Below are positions 8,965-17,216 of a stretch of DNA of 64,000 nucleotides, piece by piece (position 1 is the first letter of the stretch; each line of letters starts with the position of its first letter). The stretch comes from an uncultured Actinomycetota bacterium. GTDB lineage: Bacteria > Actinomycetota > Actinomycetes > Propionibacteriales > Propionibacteriaceae. The DNA is taken from contig CAVSFR010000006.1 of the NCBI GenBank assembly GCA_963727215.1, forward strand, positions 319,761 through 383,760, read 5' to 3'. The notes under the pieces are model-generated. The model saw only the letters and a list, made by a program, of their open reading frames with translations. It was not told where the DNA came from and did not search any database. The position numbers and the translations under genes are program-made.

Positions 8965-9765
8965 ATGGCTGATGACCCGTACGCCCTGGCCCAGGAGGCC
9001 GCCGCCGAGCTGCGCCGCCGCTTCGCACTGGAGGCCATCGACCTGGCCTTCGTCCTCGGCTCGGGCTGGTCGGCCGCCGCGGACGAGCTCGGCGAGGTGG
9101 TGGACAGCTGCCTGCTGGCCGAGCTGCGGGGCTTCGCGGCGCCCACGGTGATCGGCCACGGTGGCGAGCTGCGGATCGTCCGGACGGCAACCGGCAAGGT
9201 GGCGGCGCTGTTCACCGGACGCACCCACTACTACGAGGGCCGCGGGGTGGCGCAGGTCGTGCACGGCGTCCGGACCGCCGCGGCTGCCGGAGCCCGCACG
9301 CTGGTGCTGACCAACGGCTGCGGCGGGCTCAACCCCGGGTGGGCACCGGGTACCGCCGTGCTGATCCGCGACCACATCAACCTGACGGCTGCGTCGCCCC
9401 TGGTCGGCGCACGTTTCGTGGACATGACCGACGCCTACGCGCCACGGCTGCGCGACCTCGCGCGTACCGTCGACCCGGCGCTGCCGGAGGGGGTCTACGT
9501 CCAGTTCCACGGCCCCAACTTCGAGACCCCGGCCGAGGTGCGGATGGCCGGTGCCCTCGGCGGCGACCTGGTCGGGATGTCCACTGCGCTGGAGACGATC
9601 GCCGCGCGTGAGGCCGGGCTCGACGTGCTCGGCATCTCGCTGGTCACCAACCTGGCGGCCGGCATCTCCCCCACCCCGCTGCACCACGAGGAGGTGCTGG
9701 AGGCCGGTCGGGAGGCCGCACCGCGGCTCCGGACCCTGCTGGCCGGTCTGGCGGGCGTGCTCTGA
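8965..9765 (+). CDS. punA: Purine-nucleoside phosphorylase (trimeric type)
   Basis: VLGSG, GRTHYYEG, LTNGCGG, GPNFETPAE, VGMST motifs. Confidence 0.92.
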   Translation: MADDPYALAQEAAAELRRRFALEAIDLAFVLGSGWSAAADELGEVVDSCLLAELRGFAAPTVIGHGGELRIVRTATGKVAALFTGRTHYYEGRGVAQVVHGVRTAAAAGARTLVLTNGCGGLNPGWAPGTAVLIRDHINLTAASPLVGARFVDMTDAYAPRLRDLARTVDPALPEGVYVQFHGPNFETPAEVRMAGALGGDLVGMSTALETIAAREAGLDVLGISLVTNLAAGISPTPLHHEEVLEAGREAAPRLRTLLAGLAGVL

Positions 9766-9766
9766 G

Positions 9767-11437
9767 GTGAGCCGCCCCCTGCCTCCGGACCTACGGCGGG
9801 CCATCTCGGCCTGGACGGCACAAGACCCCGACCCCGGAACGCGAGCCCGGACCGAGGAGCTGCTGGGCCGGGCGGCGGCAGGCGAGCAGGAAGCCTGGGA
9901 CGAGCTCGCCGACGCCTTCTCGGGTCGGTTGGAGTTCGGGACCGCCGGCCTGCGCGGCGCCCTCGGTCCGGGGCCGAACCGGATGAACCGGGTGGTCGTC
10001 GGGCAGGCGGCCGCCGGCCTGGCCACCTACCTCCTCGACCACGGTGCCGCTGGACGGCCCGTGCTGGTGGGCTACGACGCCCGACACGGTTCGCAGCGGT
10101 TTGCCCGCGACACCGCCGAGGTCATGGCGGCCGCCGGCTTCGACACCCTGCTGACGCCGCGCCCCACCCCGACCCCGGTGGTCGCGTTCGGCATCCGGCA
10201 CTTCCGCTGCGCCGCCGCCGTCGTGGTCACCGCCTCGCACAACCCGCCTCAGGACAACGGCTACAAGGTCTACCTCGGCGACGGCTCGCAGATCGTCCCG
10301 CCGGCCGACGCCGAGATCGCGGCCCGGATCCAGGAGGTCACGCTCCACGACCTCGCCGACGTTCCGCGCAGTGAGGACTACCGCGTGCTCGGTGACGAGC
10401 TGGAGAACGCCTACCTCGAGCGGCTGGCCGCGCTGGTGCCGGCGGACGCGCCCCGTGCCCTGCGCTGGGTCTACACCCCGATGCACGGAGTGGGCGGATC
10501 CCTGGTGTCGCGAGCCGTGGCCGCGGCGGGCTTCGCCGCGCCGGCCGTGGTCGCCGCGCAGGCCGAGCCCGACCCGGACTTCCCCACCGTGCCGTTCCCC
10601 AACCCGGAGGAGCCGGGAGCCATCGACCTCGCCCTCGCCCAGGCCCGCGACTCCGGGGCCGATCTCGTCGTGGCCAACGACCCGGACGCCGATCGGTGCG
10701 CGGCGGCGGTGGTGGTGGACGGCGAGTGGCGGATGCTGACCGGCGACGAGCTGGGCAGCTTGCTCGGCGACGACGCGCTCCGCCGCGGCGTCCGGGGCAC
10801 CTACGCCGCCTCGGTGGTCTCCAGCTCGCTGCTGTCCCAGGTCGCCGCCGCGTACGCCCAGCCGTTCGCCACCACCCTCACCGGCTTCAAGTGGATCGGC
10901 CGAGTACCGGGCCTGGCCTTTGGCTACGAGGAGGCGATCGGCTACTGCGTCGACCCGGCTGCCGTACCGGACAAGGACGGGATCTCCGCGCTGCTACGGG
11001 TCCTGCAGCTGGCCGCCGGTCTCGCCGCCCAGGGTCAGACCCTGGCGGACCGGCTGGAGGACATCGCCCGGACCTACGGGGTGCACGAGACGTCACAGCT
11101 GTCGTTCCGGGTGGCCGACCTCGGTCTGATCAGCGCCGCGATGGCCCGGCTGCGGGCCGCACCACCAGCGGAGCTGCTGGACTCGGCCGTCGACGTCGTC
11201 GATCTTGCTCTGGGTCATGATCAGGTGGGTCATGATCATCTTCCGCCGACGGACGCGGTCATGATCACCAACGAAATGATCAAGGTCGTCGTGCGACCCT
11301 CCGGCACCGAACCCAAGCTCAAGTGCTACCTGGAGGTCCGCCGGCCCCCGGGCACCGACGTCGCGGGCGCCCGAGCCGAGGCCCGGCAGTCCATGGCCCG
11401 GCTCCGTCAGGAGATGGACGGCCTGCTCGGCCTGTAG
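9767..11437 (+). CDS. Alpha-D-phosphohexomutase family (PMM/PGM; possible phosphopentomutase)
   Basis: FGTAGLRG, TASHNP phosphoserine loop, DPDADR metal loop, GYEEAIG, RPSGTEPKLKCY. Confidence 0.9.
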   Translation: MSRPLPPDLRRAISAWTAQDPDPGTRARTEELLGRAAAGEQEAWDELADAFSGRLEFGTAGLRGALGPGPNRMNRVVVGQAAAGLATYLLDHGAAGRPVLVGYDARHGSQRFARDTAEVMAAAGFDTLLTPRPTPTPVVAFGIRHFRCAAAVVVTASHNPPQDNGYKVYLGDGSQIVPPADAEIAARIQEVTLHDLADVPRSEDYRVLGDELENAYLERLAALVPADAPRALRWVYTPMHGVGGSLVSRAVAAAGFAAPAVVAAQAEPDPDFPTVPFPNPEEPGAIDLALAQARDSGADLVVANDPDADRCAAAVVVDGEWRMLTGDELGSLLGDDALRRGVRGTYAASVVSSSLLSQVAAAYAQPFATTLTGFKWIGRVPGLAFGYEEAIGYCVDPAAVPDKDGISALLRVLQLAAGLAAQGQTLADRLEDIARTYGVHETSQLSFRVADLGLISAAMARLRAAPPAELLDSAVDVVDLALGHDQVGHDHLPPTDAVMITNEMIKVVVRPSGTEPKLKCYLEVRRPPGTDVAGARAEARQSMARLRQEMDGLLGL

Positions 11438-11462
11438 TCGCGAGCGCTACTAGCGTGACGCC

Positions 11463-12449
11463 ATGACGGTCGAACCGGCGGTGCTGACCTGGATGCTCGA
11501 CACGGACCCCGCGCTGCGGTGGCAGGTAGAACGCGATCTTGCAGGCGCAGCTCCCGCGGTGTGGCAGGCCACCCGCGCGCGGATCGCCACCGAGGGCTTC
11601 GGGGCACAGCTGCTGGCCCGCCAGGACCCGGACGGCCAGTGGGCCGGCGGCGCGTACTTCCCTCGCGACTTCGACCACGAGGCCGGAGCGGAGGGTCAGC
11701 CGTACACGGCAACCACCTGGACGCTCAACACGCTGCGCGACTGGGGTCTCGACCCCGCTGCCCTCACCCACACTGCCGAACGGCTCGCTGCCAACAGCCG
11801 GTGGGAGTACGACGACCTGCCGTACTGGGGCGGCGAGGTGGACTGCTGCATCAACGGCTTCACCGTGGCCAACGGCGCCTGGCTCGGCGCCGACGTCAGC
11901 GGCCTGGCGGCCTGGTTCGGTGAGCACCAGCTGGCCGACGGCGGTTGGAACTGCGAGTGGGTCGAGGGGTCGACGCGCTCCTCGTCCCACTCCACGCTGA
12001 ACAGCCTCAAGGGGCTGCTCGCCTACGAGACCGTCACGGGCGGGTCGGACGCGCTGCGCGCCGTCCGCCACGCCGGCGAGGAGTACCTGCTGCAGCGCCG
12101 GCTGATGTACCGGCTCACCACTGGCGGGGTCCTGGGACCGTGGGTGGGCCGGTTCGCGTATCCCTTCCGCTGGGTCTGCACCGCCCTGCACGCCCTCGAC
12201 TACTTCCGGGAGGCGGCCCTGCTCGACGGCGTGCCGCCCGACCCACGGCTGGCCGAGGCCATCGAGGCCGTGCGAGCCGGCCGTCAGCCCGACGGGACCT
12301 GGCACCAGGGCCACCGCTACCCCGGCGCGGTCTGGTTCGAGGTGGACGCGCCGGTGGGCGAGCCCTCCCCGTGGCTCACCTTCTTCGCCAGCCGCGTCCT
12401 CACGTGGTGGGACGAGGCCGACCACGCTTCGTCCCGACGAGAACAATGA
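11463..12449 (+). CDS. Squalene-cyclase-like alpha/alpha barrel protein of unknown function
   Basis: QW-like repeats QDPDGQW, QLADGGWNC, RQPDGTW; no DxDD motif seen. Confidence 0.65.
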   Translation: MTVEPAVLTWMLDTDPALRWQVERDLAGAAPAVWQATRARIATEGFGAQLLARQDPDGQWAGGAYFPRDFDHEAGAEGQPYTATTWTLNTLRDWGLDPAALTHTAERLAANSRWEYDDLPYWGGEVDCCINGFTVANGAWLGADVSGLAAWFGEHQLADGGWNCEWVEGSTRSSSHSTLNSLKGLLAYETVTGGSDALRAVRHAGEEYLLQRRLMYRLTTGGVLGPWVGRFAYPFRWVCTALHALDYFREAALLDGVPPDPRLAEAIEAVRAGRQPDGTWHQGHRYPGAVWFEVDAPVGEPSPWLTFFASRVLTWWDEADHASSRREQ

Positions 12450-12491
12450 GGTCGTCAGTCTCGACCGCTCGTCACAGCCCTGGAGGCCCCG

Positions 12492-12815
12492 ATGTACCTC
12501 ATCGTCGTCAAGTTCGAGGTCAAGCCGGAATGGGTCCAGCGGTGGCCCGACCTGATCACCAGCTTCACCACCGCCACCCGGCGCGAGCCGGGCAACCTGT
12601 GGTTCGAGTGGTCGCGCAGCCTGGACAACCCGAACGAGTTCGTGCTCGTCGAGGCCTTCACCGACGACGGGGCCGGGCCGCACGTCAGCAGTGACCACTT
12701 TGCCCAGGCCATGCGCGACCTGCCGCCGGCCCTGCTCAGCACGCCCAGGATCGTCAGCCGGCAGGTCGAGGGTGACAGCTGGGGCGAGATGGGCGAGATG
12801 TCGGTCGAGGGCTGA
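12492..12815 (+). CDS. Putative quinol monooxygenase (ABM/YgiN family)
   Basis: 107 aa; TRREPGNLWFEW, FVLVEAF, PHVSSDHF pattern. Confidence 0.8.
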   Translation: MYLIVVKFEVKPEWVQRWPDLITSFTTATRREPGNLWFEWSRSLDNPNEFVLVEAFTDDGAGPHVSSDHFAQAMRDLPPALLSTPRIVSRQVEGDSWGEMGEMSVEG

Positions 12816-12822
12816 GGACGTC

Positions 12823-14169
12823 ATGACCACCACGAGCGCATCGCCGACCCGGACGGCTCGGCTCGACGTCCTGCCCTTCACCCGTGAGCACCGGCGGCTG
12901 CTGCTGGGGTCGGGTGCGGGCTGGGCGCTGGACGCCCTCGACGTCGGCCTGGTCTCGTTCGTCATCGCCGCGCTCAGCGTCCAGTGGCGGCTCTCCCCCG
13001 GCGAGGCCTCCTGGATCGCCTCGATCGGCTTCGTGGGGATGGCCATCGGGGCCGCGCTCGGCGGCCTGCTCGCGGACCGGGTCGGCCGGCGTCAGGTGTT
13101 CGCGCTGACCCTGCTGGCGTACGGGCTGCTCACGGGCGTCTCCGCCCTGTCGTGGTCCCTGGCCTCGCTGCTGGTCCTGCGCTTCCTGGTCGGACTCGGG
13201 CTGGGGGCCGAGCTCCCGGTGGCCTCCACCCTGGTCAGCGAGTTCGCCCCCGCCCGGATCCGCGGTCGGGTGGTGGTCCTGCTGGAGTCCTTCTGGGCGG
13301 TCGGCTGGACGCTCGCGGCCCTGGTCGGGTTCCTGGTGGTCCCGCGGAGCGACCACGGCTGGCGCTGGGCGCTCGCGTTGGGGGCCGTACCGGCCCTCTA
13401 CGCCGTGGTGGTCCGGCTACGGCTGCCCGAGTCCGTCCGGTTCCTGGAGTCCCGGGGCCGCCACGACGAGGCCGAACAGGTGGTCCGACGGTTCGAGGAA
13501 TCGGCCGGCGGGCGCCGGGTGCCGGCGGCGACGCAGCAGGTCGAGCCACCCGTGACCGCCCCCGCCGGGGGCAGCCGGGTGGCCGCGCTCTGGGCCCGAC
13601 CGCTGCGGCGGCGGACGGCGGCGTTGTGGGCCGTCTGGTTCTGCATCAACTTCTCCTACTACGGCGCCTTCATCTGGCTGCCCAGCCTGCTCTACGCCTC
13701 CGGCTTCTCCCTGGTCCGCTCGTTCGGCTACACCCTGGTGATCACCCTGGCCCAGCTGCCCGGCTACGCGGTCGCGGCCGTCCTGGTCGAGCGCTGGGGC
13801 CGGCGGCGCACCCTGGTCTGCGCCCTGGTGGGGTCCGCGGTCGCCGCGGCCCTGTTCGCGGGCGCGGGCAGCACCGCCGCCGTGCTCACCGCCGGCATGC
13901 TGCTGTCGTTCTTCAACCTCGGTGCCTGGGGCGCGCTCTATGCCGTGACCCCGGAGCTCTACCCGACCTGGCTGCGCGGCACCGGTGCCGGCTGGGCCGC
14001 CGGCGTGGGCCGGACCGCCTCGGTGCTGGCCCCGCTGATGGTCCCGCTGCTGCTCGGGGCAGGCGGCAGCACCCTGGTCTTCACCGTCATCGGCGCCGTG
14101 TTCGTGCTCGCCGCGCTGGCCGCCACGGCCATCCCCGAGCTGCAGGGCACCGCCCTGCAGGAGAGCTGA
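12823..14169 (+). CDS. MFS transporter (NiaP/aromatic acid-like)
   Basis: GGLLADRVGRR, RFLVGLGLGAE, VSEFAPARIRGR, ERWGRR, PELYPTWLRGTG; about 12 hydrophobic segments. Confidence 0.88.
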   Translation: MTTTSASPTRTARLDVLPFTREHRRLLLGSGAGWALDALDVGLVSFVIAALSVQWRLSPGEASWIASIGFVGMAIGAALGGLLADRVGRRQVFALTLLAYGLLTGVSALSWSLASLLVLRFLVGLGLGAELPVASTLVSEFAPARIRGRVVVLLESFWAVGWTLAALVGFLVVPRSDHGWRWALALGAVPALYAVVVRLRLPESVRFLESRGRHDEAEQVVRRFEESAGGRRVPAATQQVEPPVTAPAGGSRVAALWARPLRRRTAALWAVWFCINFSYYGAFIWLPSLLYASGFSLVRSFGYTLVITLAQLPGYAVAAVLVERWGRRRTLVCALVGSAVAAALFAGAGSTAAVLTAGMLLSFFNLGAWGALYAVTPELYPTWLRGTGAGWAAGVGRTASVLAPLMVPLLLGAGGSTLVFTVIGAVFVLAALAATAIPELQGTALQES

Positions 14170-14298
14170 GCCGCACCGCCCGCCAAACATCGCGTCCATG
14201 GAGGGTCTTGCGGCCATATTTGGTGCGCATCACCGTTTGGACGCTACGATCTCCTCTACCAGGGCCTTGGGCCAGAGAAATTCTGCGTAGGAGGATCG

Positions 14299-15660
14299 AT
14301 GGCCGAGCGGACGCATGTCTCCCCCGCCGAGGTGCACGAGGTGCTGGGGCGCCACGTCCTGACCGACGGCATGAAGCTGGTGCTGGACCTGCGACGCAGC
14401 CGCGGTTCGCGCCTGGTCGACGCGCGCGACGGCACCACCTACCTCGACCTGTACACCTTCTTCGCCTCCGCGCCGCTCGGCATCAACCCGCCCGGACTGG
14501 CCGACGACCCGACCTTCATGTCCGAGCTCAGCGAGATCGCCGCGAACAAGCCGGCCAACCCCGACATGTACTCCAGCGCGTACGCGGAGTTCGTGGACAC
14601 CTTCGTGCGGGTGCTGGGCGACCCCGCACTGCCGTACCTGTTCTTCGTCGAGGGGGGCGCGCTGGCGGTGGAGAACGCCCTCAAGGCCGCGTTCGACTGG
14701 AAGAGCCGGCACAACGAGGTCGCCGGTCGCAGTCCGGAGCTGGGCACGAAGATCCTGCACCTGACCAGGGCGTTCCACGGGCGCTCCGGCTACACGCTGT
14801 CGCTGACCAACACCGAGCCGGGCAAGACAGCCCGCTTCCCGAAGTTCGAGTGGCCACGGATCGACGTACCGGCCGTACGCTTCCCGCTGGCCGACCACCT
14901 CGCCGACGTCGAGGCGGCCGAGGAGCGCGCCCTCGAGCAGGCCCGGCAGGCCTTCGCCGACCACCCGTACGACATCGCCGCCTTCATCGCCGAGCCGATC
15001 CAGGGCGAAGGGGGCGACAACCACCTGCGCGCGGAGTTCCTCGTCCAGATGCAGGAGCTCGCGCACGCGAACGACGCGCTGGTGATCATGGACGAGGTCC
15101 AGACCGGCGTCGGCACGACCGGGACGCCGTGGGCCTACCAGCAGCTCGGCCTGCGGCCGGACCTGGTGGCGTTCTCCAAGAAGGCCCAGGTCGGCGGGGT
15201 GATGGGCGGCGGCCGGCTCGACGAGGTGCCCGAGCACGTGTTCTGCGTCTCGGGCCGGATCAACTCCACCTGGGGCGGCGGCCTGACCGACATGGTCCGG
15301 TCGCGCCGGTTGCTGGAGATCATCGAGGCCGACGGGCTGATCGAGGCCGCTGGTCCCAAGGGCGAGCACCTGCTCACCGGACTTCGCGACGTCGCGACCG
15401 CCCATCCGCAGCTGGACAACGTCCGCGGCCGTGGGCTGTTCGCCGCCTGCGACCTGGCCACGCCGGAGCTGCGCAGCGCCGTGATCGCCGACCTGCACGA
15501 CGTCGAGCACGTGATCGTGCTGCCCTGCGGGGTGCGGTCGGTCCGCTTCCGTCCGGCCCTGTCGATCACCGAGGATGAGCTGGACGAGGCCGTCGCCGCC
15601 CTCGGCCGCACCCTCGCCCGCGTGACCAGCACCAGCACCACCCAGGAGCCCCCCTCGTGA
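14299..15660 (+). CDS. lat: L-lysine 6-aminotransferase
   Basis: YLDLYTFFASAPLG, NKPANPDMY, GALAVENALKAAFDWK, EPIQGEGGD, DEVQTG, STWGG. Confidence 0.92.
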   Translation: MAERTHVSPAEVHEVLGRHVLTDGMKLVLDLRRSRGSRLVDARDGTTYLDLYTFFASAPLGINPPGLADDPTFMSELSEIAANKPANPDMYSSAYAEFVDTFVRVLGDPALPYLFFVEGGALAVENALKAAFDWKSRHNEVAGRSPELGTKILHLTRAFHGRSGYTLSLTNTEPGKTARFPKFEWPRIDVPAVRFPLADHLADVEAAEERALEQARQAFADHPYDIAAFIAEPIQGEGGDNHLRAEFLVQMQELAHANDALVIMDEVQTGVGTTGTPWAYQQLGLRPDLVAFSKKAQVGGVMGGGRLDEVPEHVFCVSGRINSTWGGGLTDMVRSRRLLEIIEADGLIEAAGPKGEHLLTGLRDVATAHPQLDNVRGRGLFAACDLATPELRSAVIADLHDVEHVIVLPCGVRSVRFRPALSITEDELDEAVAALGRTLARVTSTSTTQEPPS

Positions 15661-17198
15661 GCAGCACCACGACCTCGGTCGTCAACGGAACCGCCGTCCC
15701 CGGTGGCACGACGCGGCCCAGCACCAACCCGGCCCGCCTCGACGAGGTCGTCGGCCAGGTGGAGTTCGCCGGCGCCGACACCTTCGTGGCGGCGGCCGAG
15801 GCCGCCCACAAGGCGCAGGAGGCGTGGGCTGCGGTCCCGGCCCCGGTCCGCGGCCGGGCCATCGCCCACATCGGCCGGCTCGTCGAGGACAACGCCGAGG
15901 CGCTGGCCCTGCTGGTCACCGACGAGATCGGCAAGCCGTACGCCGAGGCGCTCGGCGAGGTGCGCGAGATCGTCGACACCTGCGACTTCTTCCTCGGCGA
16001 GGGTCGGCGGCTGTACGGGCAGACCGTGCCCAGCGAGATGAGCGACAAGCAGCTCTTCACCTTCCGCAAGCCGGTCGGCGCGGTCGCGGTGATCACCGCC
16101 GGCAACTTCCCCGTGGCCGTCCCGTCCTGGTACATCGTCCCGGCCCTGCTGGCCGGCAACACCATCGTCTGGAAGCCGGCGGAGTACTCCCCGGTGGTCA
16201 GCGCCGCCTTTTACGAGCTGTTCGTCCGCGGCGGCGGGCTGCCCGACGGCGTGTTCAACATCGTGCACGCGGACGGCCCCGCTACTCAGCTGGGCTTGAC
16301 CCGGGCGTTGGAGCACGGGCTCGTCGACAAGGTCGGCTTCACCGGCTCGTCGGCCGTCGGCCGCGAGATCGGCGCGCTGACCGGACGTCACCTGCAGACC
16401 GCCTGCCTGGAGCTCGGCGGCAAGAACCCGCTGGTCGTCACGGCCAGCGCCGACCTCGACCTCGCCGTGGAGGGTGCGCTGTTCTCCGGCTTCGGCACCG
16501 GCGGCCAGCGCTGCACCTCCCTGGGCACGGTGATCGTGCACAGCTCGGTGCACGAGGAGTTCCTGCGCCGCTTCAACGCCGCCGTGGCCGCGGCCGCCGT
16601 CGGCGACCCGCGGGAGGACGTGCTGATGGGCCCGCTGCTCGACGCGAAGTTCGCGGAGCGCTACGAGGAGTACCTGACCTGGTTGGAGCCGCACCAGCGG
16701 GTGCAGGGCGCACAGGGACGGATCACCGCCGGCAACCCCCGGGCCGGCTTCGTCGGCGACCCGGCGGCAGGCCTGTTCTATCACCCCGTGGTCGTCGACG
16801 GGGTACGGCGCGGCGATCGGATCTTCACCGAGGAGACGTTCGGGCCGCTGGTGGGGGTCACCACGTACGAGACCCTGAGCGAGGCGATCGACCTGGCCAA
16901 CGCCCCCGGGTACGGCCTGTCGTCCTCGATCTACACCACAGACCCGAAGGAGGCGTTCACCTTCCGCGACCGCATCGGCGCGGGCATGGTGAGCATCAAC
17001 AACTCCACCTCGGGTGCGGAGGCGCACCTGCCCTTCGGCGGCAACGGGAAGTCCGGCAACGGCTCGCGGCAGTCGGGGATCTGGGTACTGGACCAGTTCA
17101 CGCGGTGGCAGTCGGTCAACTGGGACTACTCCGGTCGGCTGCAGAAGGCCCAGATGGACACCGCCCAGCTGGTCCCGGACACCACCTTCCGGCTGTAG
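15657..17198 (+). CDS. pcd: Aldehyde dehydrogenase, likely piperideine-6-carboxylate / 2-aminoadipate semialdehyde dehydrogenase
   Basis: EIGKPYAEALGEVREIVD, TAGNFPVAV, LELGGKN, GQRCTS, EETFGP; GTGA-coupled to lat. Confidence 0.75.
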   Translation: MSSTTTSVVNGTAVPGGTTRPSTNPARLDEVVGQVEFAGADTFVAAAEAAHKAQEAWAAVPAPVRGRAIAHIGRLVEDNAEALALLVTDEIGKPYAEALGEVREIVDTCDFFLGEGRRLYGQTVPSEMSDKQLFTFRKPVGAVAVITAGNFPVAVPSWYIVPALLAGNTIVWKPAEYSPVVSAAFYELFVRGGGLPDGVFNIVHADGPATQLGLTRALEHGLVDKVGFTGSSAVGREIGALTGRHLQTACLELGGKNPLVVTASADLDLAVEGALFSGFGTGGQRCTSLGTVIVHSSVHEEFLRRFNAAVAAAAVGDPREDVLMGPLLDAKFAERYEEYLTWLEPHQRVQGAQGRITAGNPRAGFVGDPAAGLFYHPVVVDGVRRGDRIFTEETFGPLVGVTTYETLSEAIDLANAPGYGLSSSIYTTDPKEAFTFRDRIGAGMVSINNSTSGAEAHLPFGGNGKSGNGSRQSGIWVLDQFTRWQSVNWDYSGRLQKAQMDTAQLVPDTTFRL

Positions 17199-17216
17199 GC
17201 CAGGCCCCGCACCGCG

